Source: Zygnema circumcarinatum SAG 698-1b
Taxonomy: Eukaryota > Plantae > Zygnematophyceae
DNA: 64,000 nucleotides
Direction: 5' to 3'
NCBI GenBank assembly: GCA_037447605.1
Contig: CM074821.1
Coordinates: 496,001 to 560,000, forward strand
The position numbers and the translations under genes are program-made. Under the pieces are notes generated by a model. The model saw only the letters and a list, made by a program, of their open reading frames with translations. It was not told the origin of the DNA and ran no database searches. Position 1 is the stretch's first letter. Every line of letters starts with the position of its first letter. Shown here in pieces: positions 1 to 10,765 of the stretch.

Positions 1-459
1 CTGTAGACAGTCCGCTCACAGACAATGTGTTAAACAGAGTGCATATAGAGCAGGCCTACCATCCAGAAAATCCCTACACTATTTCTGCAACATTGCCTCA
101 TGTCAATTTCCACCCGGCACTCTCTACACGGCTTTAAACCTGCGTAGAATGTACACTACAACTACAAACTGTAACTGCAACTGAAACTGAAACAGTTATC
201 TCCAAAATTTGCACATCTTCCTCACACCTTGCGCCTGCCTGCGCTTTAGAATTTCGCAAAAGCCGTCTAATTGCCTGCCTGACTGTCGAATTTCAAACTG
301 GAACTAACAAGGAGACAGTAAGGGACAGCTATGTCCTCATCCTTCACATATAAATTACACCTTGTGCACACTATGTCCCTGTTTCGATGTCCCTGTTCTC
401 ACTATTCTACTGTTCCTTGATGTGTCCTTATTCACACTATGTCTCTGCTCCTGTTCACA

Positions 460-3400
460 CTAAGCCTTCTCAAAACCCTTGTGCCCGGGGTTCATCGTCT
501 CCCACGCATCCAGCCACATTTCCATCATGTCAGCGAGCAGTAGAAAGTACGAATCCAACTTCACCAGCTCCTCCCGCACCTGCAGTTTGCGTACCTTTCA
601 TACTTTTAGGGTTTGTGGGGTTCAAAAATGGAGGGCTTCAAGGCTTTCAGAGTTAAAAAAAAAATTGGGCTGTTGAGGTTTAGGGCAGCTATGAAAGGTT
701 TTGAAACTGACCTTTTGAGCCATCTCTCTGTAGCAGTCCACCACAGTGACGGACTCCGGACTCAGCTTCATGTTCTGCATGCATAGAAAACATGCGTTCC
801 ATTTAGCACTTTACTGTCCTTTGAGTCAAATCGGAAAAGGAGCGGCATGACATATTTCAAAGTAAGTCAGGAGATTAGGACGCCTTTAGAGTATAGATGA
901 TCATACAACATCGAGAAAACCCTTGCATGGATATCTTCTCCCACAGCTTAATCGGTTACTGCTAAGACATGCTCTCCTAAACTACGAAGCCCTGCCTACT
1001 TGGATGATGAAATTAGATATTGACAGAGCATTTGCTAAATGCATGGGTGACGTTGTCAAGTACAAATTATGTATGGAAGTAAACAGTGTTATCGATGTCC
1101 TCTATGATGAAACCACTCGTAATCTGAAAGGAGATGGTGCATAGGGAAAGGGGAAGGAGAGAGTGGGAGAGAGCGGGAGAGATACAGAGAGAGACGGGAG
1201 AAAGTAGGAGGGGGCACCTGGAAAAAGGGCACAATGGCTTCTTGCCAGTCAATGCCGTTGACCTCTACCTCCCAATTGGCAAAAGCATTGCTCGCCTTGC
1301 TGTGCCAAATATACGGCTTCCCACTCTTCACTCCCAGCCCCAAGTGGTCGCATATCACCTGCGTCAGGTGTCACCCTCTCGTCAGCTACCATGCCACGTG
1401 GCAGCCTCGAAGGCCCCTTACAGTTCTAGGGTTTTCATCTGAACGGAACGGTTACATGGAACCGTTGTACCGGCGCTCACCTTGGTGCTCCAACCAGCCC
1501 ACATGTCTTCGTAGCGCCCCCATGGAGTGCCCTGCGCAGCCCCAGCGTGTGAATTTGAGAGTGAGTTTGAGGGAGGGAGAGAGGGGAGAGGGAGAGGGAG
1601 AGGGAGAGGGAGAGGGAGAGGNNNNNNNNNNGAGAGGGAGAGGGAGAGGGAGAGGGAGAGGGAGAGGGAGAGGGAGGGAGGGAGGGAAGGAGGGAGGGAG
1701 GGAGAGAGAAGGGGAGGGCAGGAAGGAGGGAGCTATAGAAAGGGGTCAGCCCGATGCATGAGGGCTTGGCCCTAAGTGCACTGCATGAAGTTCCGTGAGT
1801 ATGAGAGCAGGAAAGGTTATAGAAATGGAGCGGAAAAATAAGAATGCTGTTAAAATCTCACCTTTCCCATGAGACCGAAGTACATGCAGGGCCTGCACCC
1901 CTCCATCCCAATGGCGGAATATTAGTTTTGTCTATTCTCAACATCTATTGTTTTCTTTTCCTACCCCCAACCCTCCTCCCCATATCTTCTTTTTGTTTCC
2001 TAGTACTTCTCCTTCAGCATTGGTGAGTGAGGTTGCTATAATGACCCCTTGCAATGAGGTGTGAGTTTCCGTTTTTCATTTGCAGAAGTTATGAGATACC
2101 TTAGCCTCTATCCTCAATTATGGATACATTATCTGTGTTTTTATTCTTCTCAGAAGAAATATGCTAATCCCTAAAACATATTCCTAAACAGAAACCCTAA
2201 GATTAGAAACTCATCTTTTTTCATTCTAACTAATCAATAAAGTAAACTGTGCGGAAGATCATACCCGACGAGCTCCCTATCGAAGGCCAAGTTCATTCCA
2301 CAGTTGGAGTAAAGAACGCCTTTAGGAATGGTCACCACTGCATCTACATACCTGCATTACCGCCCAACCCTAAAAACAATAGTGAAAAAAAAAAAAAAAC
2401 CACAATTTCCTGCAAGCCCATCAGCCACGTTCCGAGTTCCGGTTTTTGCGTGCTTTTTCTGAGTAGAAAATGGAAGAATTAAATGAAATGTGGGCCGTTT
2501 ACTACTGAGCAGCAGCATACCGGGTTGAAACTTCTGCAGGTTTCTCTGAGCGATCAATGGCGAGCTGGGTCGGTCCGTCGTAGTCTCTGCGCCTCTCAAA
2601 AGCCAACATTGATTGATCCTTTTGTAAAATCAGAAAAAGAAAAAGCACAAAAGGAAAAAAAGTGAGGGAGGGGGTGGAAAATGGGGAGTTGACGACTTTG
2701 TATAACCTTATTAGAACAACCTATTTAAAGTTGGAAATAAGTAGTTCAATTGAATTTTTCAACACAGTGAAAGGACAGTGAATTCTACGGAAGTGCAGGG
2801 GAGAGGGACCCACGGAATGTTGAGCCACATTCCATGTGAGACTGCCGTTGTAACACCTTTCCGTAAACTGAAAGGATAGCACGCGACAAAGTCGGCGTCT
2901 GCAACGAAGCAGAGCCCACGGAAAGGGCCATCAGTTCCGTTGTCAGTTTCGGTTCAACTGAAAACCAAAACCAAAATTCTTTAAGCAGGCCAGGAGCTCG
3001 GTATCTCCTCTGAATACCAACACGGGACTGCCAAGACTGCTCTAAATTTGAGAGTTGGAGAATTAGGGTTACAGATAAAGACAATCTGCAAGAACAGGGT
3101 TGGAGAAGTTGTAATGTATGTGAAGTACCGTTTTCAAAGGGATCATACATTGTGTTGAAGTAGAAAGGGGTGGAGGGAGTGAGCAGGTTCTGAAAATGGC
3201 CTTTCAAAGCATCCACATCATTGCCTTGCGGGTCCTTGCATACCTGCATTTATAAAGAGTTAAAAAAAAAAAAAGGGTTTAAAAGAATAGAAACAAGTTG
3301 GAGAAAATTAAGCCAAACTACAAATGCAGGCTGCCTCTAACTCAGACTCCCACATATTTTGCTTCTGAGCAGCAATGTGCCAACCAGTCAGCGTAATTTT

Positions 3401-5010
3401 TCGCTCCACATCCCTCAGTTTGCCATACTATATGGACAACAAAAAAACCAACAGATTGCAGAATAATCAACTTACGAAACAATCATCGTCGATTGTGTAG
3501 ATGTATTTCTTTTTAGAAACCAGAAATCCGAAGCAGCGGCATGCAGCAGAGCGCTGGGAGATGCACTTCGCCTTCTCTCCGAGAAGACGCTCAACATCGT
3601 CGCGAGTGTACATCTCGTATGTGTATCCTGCAGGGACGGAGACTTTCTTGGAAGGGTCTCCGTCCTGTTCATGGAAAGAGCAGAAACGCAGGCCGAGGGA
3701 GGGAGGGAGGGAGGAGGGACAGAGGGACAGAGGGACAGAGGGACAGAGGGACAGAGGGACAGAGGGAGGGAGGGAGGGACAGAGGGAGGGAGGGGGAAGG
3801 AGGAAGGGAGGGAGGGAGGGAGGGAGGGGGAAGGAGGAAGGGAGGGAGGGAGGGAGGGAGGGAGGGAGGGAGGGAGATTAGTCTAGACTCAAACTTCGGT
3901 TCTGGTTCTGCATTAGTCAATTTTTTATACTCAAATCCGCAATGTGAGTGGAGGGTTTTCGGCTTTAGCCAGAGTGAATAGGGTGGTTAGGAACTTGCAT
4001 CATATTCCAAGTTGCAGACTTTCCAGATTTTACACATCGCAGATTTTGAGAAAACGAAGAGTGCAAATTGCACATCATGCAGATGTTTCAGATTCTGCAG
4101 ATTAGCAGAAATTGCAAATTCGCAAACTTTGAATCCTTTCCAAGTATCGTCGGATCACAGATAACAGAATTGCAGACCAAGCAGATAATACGTTTTCCAG
4201 AATTTCCAAACTTCTTAGTGTTTGCAAAGTAAGCAGATTTTGGGTATTCGCAGACCTTGCAGATCGCATGTTGCAAACATTGCAGAGAAATAAGGAATAG
4301 TGCGATAGCAGGCAGGGTCCTGATTTTTCGCAGATTCGAGCAAAGTTAAAAATCGACACACTTTTCAATAACGAGAATGCAATGCAAATAGAGTTGCAGA
4401 CTGACAGACAATCGAACTTAATAAAATGGAGTTTACGCCTACCACTCAATCAAGCATACTTCAGACATCACGCAATTTTCAATCATCTAAACGAGCACTC
4501 ACGCTTCCAAATAAAGCAGAAATGGTCAAAATAAAACTAAAAACCAAGAATACAAACAACAAATTTCAGAACACACGAAAGGTAATACCAAAATAAGACG
4601 AGGGAGACTGCCAGAAAATCCATGAAAAATCAAAAAAAGAAATCACCTTGACGATAATAAGGTGGCAGCCCTCCCAGAGGTGCCGCCACGCCTCCAAAAA
4701 CACCAAGTCTCGAATCGTGGGAATCACAATGTCCACAAGCTCCTGCCAACCCCCAATCCTCAGCCGTCAGATCAAGCCACACGAGAGAATCAACGGCTCA
4801 GATCTTCCTGCACCGCCTCCTCCTCCTGCAGGCGCCCCTCACCTTGAAGTTTGGAGGCAGTCCGGCCGCCCGGGGCAGCGCCAGAACGTCCAGGACGGAT
4901 GGATCCAACGTGGCAGCCTTCTCCACGCCACGTGGACCGCCGTGATTGGCCGCGAGGGCCTTGGCAGCCTCCCAGACTGCCCCCGTACTTGCCACGCTGG
5001 CAAGCGCCAT
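460..5010 (-). CDS. RGP: Reversibly glycosylated polypeptide / UDP-arabinopyranose mutase (GT75) family protein, divergent; ~403 aa, 12 exons
   Basis: GT-AG exons in frame: 5010-4843, 4742-4647, 3664-3476, 3243-3129, 2898-2814, 2586-2521, 2351-2265, 1892-1862, 1531-1481, 1358-1218, 774-712, 579-460 (TAG). Family motifs: [113 protein letters not shown]. Confidence 0.95.
923..1144 (+). mobile_element. Possible degenerate non-LTR (LINE) reverse-transcriptase fragment, antisense within an RGP intron
   Basis: Translation [14 protein letters not shown]...[12 protein letters not shown]...[10 protein letters not shown] resembles the LINE RT segment RxIxDNxLLxxE...KLDxxKAFD...WIxxLY. Short, with no further RT motifs nearby. 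Confidence 0.4.
4005..4400. repeat. Degenerate short-unit repeat (GCAGA/GCAAA/TTGCA-rich) in RGP intron 2
   Basis: Dense recurrence of gcagat, ttgcag and gcaaat over ~400 bp of otherwise AT-rich intron. Confidence 0.55.
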
Positions 5011-5821
5011 GGCCGCTGATCTTGGAGAAAGCTCAGAGATTGAGAGAGAGAGAGAGGAAGAGAGAGAGAGCGAGCTCAGAGAGAGAGTGGCGGGGCGAGA
5101 GAAAGAGAGAGAGAAAGAGACACACAGAGAGAGAGAGCTGAGAGGGCGAGAGATAGATAGTGAGAACGAGAGAGGTCAGAAGGTGCTCAACGACACAGAG
5201 ATGGGAGAGAAAATTTGCTTGGTAGCAAGAGGTGAAGAAGGGAAGGACACGTGGCCTTTTTGTACAAAATGTACGGACGTATATGTCTGTAAGAGCGACG
5301 CGTGGCAGAAGAGAGTAATGTGAGCCGTTGGATATGACCAGATCACACGTATAAAATTTCTGGACCGTCGGATGAGGAAACGAAACGACAGGAAAACTCC
5401 GAGTGCGTGGGCCAATGGGAGGGCCCCGTTATGGACCACGAGGAGAACCGACAAAAATTAAGCCAATCAGCGATCGGCATTAGCGACCACATGGGCGTGA
5501 TGTGACATGGATTTGGAGGTACTGTTCCGGGCAGTGAAAAAAGGTTCTGACAGCCAATCAAAAGCGAGATTCTCGATTTTGTGGTGAAGTGGCAGGCAGC
5601 GATTGGCCTTAAAAAAACCGTTTTCGCTTGGTTCCTGCCCGTTAGGTCTTTTTTTTTTTTAAAACAAAAAGACAAGAAAGGAGAGATGTCAGAAGTGCAG
5701 GGCTCCTAAAATAAGGGGTATCCCTTAAATATCGTAAATAGCTTATTTATGGGAGAATTTGAGATTGGTTTAAGTGTTTTAACCTTAATTACCATAAAAT
5801 CACTAACAAAGCCCTATTTGC

Positions 5822-6011
5822 CCAGTTCCTCGTGGTTCCCCATGCTGCTTATGTCCATCTACATTTGATGGCCTCGCCATCATGAGTTCAATGCCATTTT
5901 CCTTTCCCTTTTCCGGGAAAAGGAAGTGGCATTGATCTCACGATGGCAATGATGCATGCCATCAAATGTACATGGCCAACATCAGCATCATGGGGAACCA
6001 CGAGGAACTGG
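5822..6011. repeat. ~190-nt imperfect foldback (inverted repeat) in the RGP/PES divergent intergenic region
   Basis: The outer 23 bp pair perfectly (ccagttcctcgtggttccccatg / catggggaaccacgaggaactgg). Pairing continues with bulges through tacatttgatggc and tcaatgcca to a short central loop near 5913. Confidence 0.9.
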
Positions 6012-6148
6012 TCGCAATGGACCTAAACACGAAAGAAAGAAGCGGAGAAATGAGCGAAAAACTACGCTTAGGCTCAACAACGCTTCAAGCCCCTCCCTCG
6101 AAGCACCCGCGAAGGTCGTCAATGTCCGGCACATCGCGCGGAGGGAGG

Positions 6149-6413
<265 letters not shown>

Positions 6414-6710
6414 AGAGAGGCGAAAGACTGCCGGGTCGACCCAACAACAACCAACAACAGTCCGTGGCGGAGCCGAGAAGCGAGCAAAGAGGGCAGCGCT
6501 GAAGGGCGACGGACATGTCTTGTCGATATAAAGTAGCGAGGATCGATCGGCGGAGGAGAGGGCTTCCTTCCTTCCGGGGCTGTGCGCGCATCTCCAAGGA
6601 GCGATGGGCGCACGCACGCACTGGCAGAGGATGGAAGGAAGGACGGCATGCAAACTGGCGTCGAGAGAACCACACATCGCAACATGCATAGGAACAAACT
6701 CGTCGGCCGT

Positions 6711-6750
6711 GTCACGTCACGTCACGTCACGTCACGTCACGTCACGTCAC
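6711..6750. repeat. (GTCAC)8 tandem repeat, i.e. tandem TGACG/ACGT bZIP-type cores
   Basis: gtcac x8 read directly; the minus strand reads GTGACGTGACG. Confidence 0.9.
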
Positions 6751-7233
6751 GATGCGCATAGGGAAGCTGCTTGTTAAGGGCCGCATCGCGAGCACAAAGG
6801 CGAGACAATTTTAGGAGAGAAGGATTGGAATTGCCGTACAAGACAAGACAAAGGAGAGGGTGATGAGCTCCTCGTGGTTACTCGGCTCCCGTGCGGTTAC
6901 AGTCTTTCGTGGTTTCCCAACAGAAAATGCTATTTACACAACCTTTTTGGTCTAGATACACACCTTCTTTCGCCGGTCAGATTATATTTTAGGGTTTTGA
7001 TGGCATTGGTTTTTTTAAAGGTGTTTTTCTAGACATTAAAGGTGTGGGAATAGTAATCCCTTTCCCAAATGCCAAGTTCATTCCCAAGACAAGTACAGTA
7101 CGTAACAAAAATAATCCAGTAGGCGGGCGATACGATATTGAATATCGGACGATGTAGAAACATTACCGATATATCGTCTGTACCGTATCGACCAGATCGT
7201 GGGACGGTTGACGCTGATCCCGTACAGTTTTGC

Positions 7234-7515
7234 GACGTGGCGTCCTGAGGTGCCTCCTTCGCACCTGTTACCGACACCGACAGGTGCTCAATGACCGACA
7301 CGTGGAGACCCACGTGGCCTGTTCAAGCAGGGAATCGACGGCTGTCAGTCGCCACATTTCGCACGTGTACCATAGATCGACGGCTGTCAGCCGCCGCCTC
7401 TCACACGTGTCGGCTCTGCTTTGCGGCATATTGAAACAGGGACCGTGCCAGGAGTCAGCAAAGTATACACGTGGACATATTGTGGATAGACACCTGGCAT
7501 AGAAATTTGACGTGG
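7234..7515. promoter_or_regulatory. G-box/ABRE-like cluster upstream of the PES-like gene
   Basis: CACGTG at 7299, 7311, 7362, 7404 and 7468; GACGTGG at 7234 and 7509; a direct repeat atcgacggctgtcag.cgcc at ~7334 and ~7377. All lie 170-450 bp before the ATG at 7681. Confidence 0.65.
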
Positions 7516-7680
7516 AGACCTGTGATTGGCTGGTTGGGCTGAGTCAGCTCTTTCCCCTCCCCCCCTTCCACCGTCTCCGCCTCCCTCCTGCCCCACTCTT
7601 CCCTCCCGGTTCGTCCGACAGCATCTTACCCTCCCTCTCCCTCTCCCTCTCCCTCTCCCTCTCCACTGCAGCTGGCAGCC

Positions 7681-10600
7681 ATGGCGGCATGCGCCTTCTC
7701 TCCAGCCGCCTCGCCCGCCATGCACCTCTTCAAGACACCCAATGCGGCTCGTCTGCGCCCTTCCGCACCCCTCGGTCAACCGCTTCAAGCAGCGCAACCA
7801 AACTTCTTCCCTCGTGGTTTTTCTAGTTCTCAAAGCAGCCCTCAGGCATTCAAAACCCTCCGCGTTGCATCCTCTCTCTCCACCCTGAACCCTCCCTCCC
7901 CCGCGCCTCCCCCACCCCCTCCCTCCCCCCCCTCCTTGGGCCGAGAGCCCCAAGCTGCAGATGACGCCACGATAACGGAGGACCCGTCCTGTCCTTTGAC
8001 GGATTTCACCGCAACTGCCACAAAGATCACGCTCCTGCGGCCGCTGGGGCCCTCGGAGGAGACGTGGCAGCGCGAGGAGAGGCGCAGGCGGCCGCTGATG
8101 GTGTATGTGCCGGGGATGGATGGCACGGGGCAGGTCATTCGCCGCCAGATACCATACATCGATGCTGCAGGGTGAGTTGGAGAGGTGGGACGGGGGAGGG
8201 GAGGGAGAGGGAGAGGGAGAGGAAGAGGGAGAGGGAGAGGGAGAAAGAGGTGGGAGGGGGATTGTGGGAGGAAGACGAGGGAGAGAAAGAGGGATAGAGG
8301 GAGAGAGAGGATTGGGAAGGGGGAGGGAAAGGGAGAGGGAATGGGAGGGGGGGATTGAGGGAGGGAGAGGGAGAGGGAGGATTGGGAAAGGGGAGGGAGA
8401 GGGAGAATGAATGCCGAACAATCTGCACAGCTGGCAAACGTGAACCACATGTAAGAGAATATATATAGAAAAACAACCCCTTTTTTTCTTTTTTAAAACC
8501 GGCCTTCAAACAATGCGTGTATCGCAGTTGGGCAAGTCACCGACTGCTTAGCTGTAAATGTCGACCTCCACAGCTGCCGTGGCCTACGCACTCTTTAGGG
8601 AGGCTGCTGTTGGTGTGTCAACCAATGGCTGGCAAAGGTTGACAAGGGAGGAGGGAAGGTAAGGAGGAGGACGAGGGAGTGGGAAAACTGGCATGGGAGA
8701 CGGGAGACGGGAGGGGGGAAGGACAGTGGAGAGAGGAGGAAATAGTTTAGATTTAGAAGTAAAGGAAATTTGGCAAGTGAAAAAAAGCCTAAATCTCTCT
8801 ACAATTCTTTTTCTCTGCTGTAACTCGTTAATCTGTGCACAGTACACTGTACACTGTGTCATTTAAATAAAGCATTGTTGCCGAAGTTGAGAAGCGTTGT
8901 TTACAGATTTAGTGTTACTTTTGGTTGTGAACAGAAAGAATGGTAAATTAGCATTACTTTTAACTCGAACCTAAACCTTAACGCAGCTTTCACATGTGAA
9001 CCCTCACCCAAAGCGATTGTCTGCTATCTTAATCTTGCCCTCCCTAAACCATACTCTACCGTAACCTTTACATGATCCCAACCTCAACACTAGCTCTAAC
9101 CCTATCGCTAACCTGTCCTTTCCCTAACCCCTATTCTCGTCCTCTAACCCTAGCCTGAAGCTTAAGTGTAGCCCAAGCCCCTAACCCTAATCTTGATTTT
9201 AAGGTTAATCCTTAAACCCTAGCTTTAGCTCTTAACTTCCTAACTCTAACCCTTAACCCTAACCCTTACCTACCCTATTTTTAGCCCTAATCCTTACCCT
9301 AACCCAACCCTAACCTAACCCTTACCCTAATTCTCCCTCCTTTCCTCCCCTGTTCTCTGCCAGATACGACATCTGCTGCGTGTACATTCCCATCAATGAT
9401 AGGTCCACGTGGCCTGAGCTCGTGGCAGATCTCCTTCCTCTGCTGCGGGAGGAGGCGGCCATGGCGGAACAGCCACGTGGAAGCAGCAGAAGGCGCCACG
9501 TCACCCTCCTGGCGGAGTCTTTTGGAGCCTGCCTCGCTCTTAGAGCAGCTGCAGCAGCTCCTGATGTCGTGTCACGTCTAGTGCTGGTAGGCTTTTGCTC
9601 TCCCATGAGGGAGGGAGAGGAGTGAGGGGGAGAGGGGGAGAGGGAGAGGGGGAGGAGAGGGGGAGGAGGGAGGGGGAGGAGAGGGGAGAGAGGGAGGAGG
9701 GAGGGGGAGGAGAGGGAGGAGGGGGAGGAGGAGGAGGAAGGGGGAGGAGAGGGAGGAGAGGGAGGAGAGGGGAGAGAGGGAGAGATTGGGGGACAAATGG
9801 GTGGAAAAGAGGGAAAAGAGAAGGGAAATAAAGAGAGGAGGGGACCGGGAGGGAGGGATGAGGGGCAGAGGAGTAGTGAGTGGAGAATGGTTTGTGTGAG
9901 GGAGAGGATAGAAGATGGGTAGACCTGTACTGCCGCTTCTCACATGGTGACACGTGGCATCTGCTGATTGGCAGGTAAATCCTGCAACTGCATTTCCACA
10001 AAACAATCCTCTTGTCAGTTTCTGCGCTCGGACGGGGCTGCTCTCGTCGTTTCCGGACCCCCTCTATGAGATGGCGCAGGTGGGTTCTTTCTCCCTTTTT
10101 CTCAAACCCTAACCTTATACCCTAACCATAAACCTTAAACCCTACGTATGAAACTGTAGCGAAAAAGCTGGTCCTTTTCTTCGATACAAAGTTGCATGTT
10201 TACCAATTTTAGTTGTCGCAAGCATTGAAACTTGAAGCTCATAAAGGGAAGGCGTTCTTTTCCCCATCCTGTTTAACTGTAGAGAAGGAACAAACCTTTT
10301 TTTTGGGAAAGCAGGATATTCTACTCCCTTTATTGGTGAAGAGGAACAGAGTGAATACGACCTCTGATGATGATATGCTCTCTCCTGTCGACTATGTTCC
10401 GGCTCCATGTGCTGCATGGAGACTTGCTCTCCTCAATGATGAATCCGGATTAGAAGATTACAAGCTTGGAGCGATAAATGTACCAACTTTGCTGGTAAGA
10501 CTACATAGAAAAAATACCCCTTATCGTTTCTAGAAAGATCGATACATGTTCAGAATCAGAAAACACTCGTGAACCCGAACCTCAGTTTCATGCTCTTATT

Positions 10601-10684
10601 ATGTTCTTTTAGTTCTATCTTTTTTTTTGCTTGTTTTAGTTTGTTTTGTGTTGTATGTTCGTATTGGGTATTGAGTATGATTTT

Positions 10685-10721
<37 letters not shown>

Positions 10722-10731
10722 NNNNNNNNNN

Positions 10732-10765
<34 letters not shown>

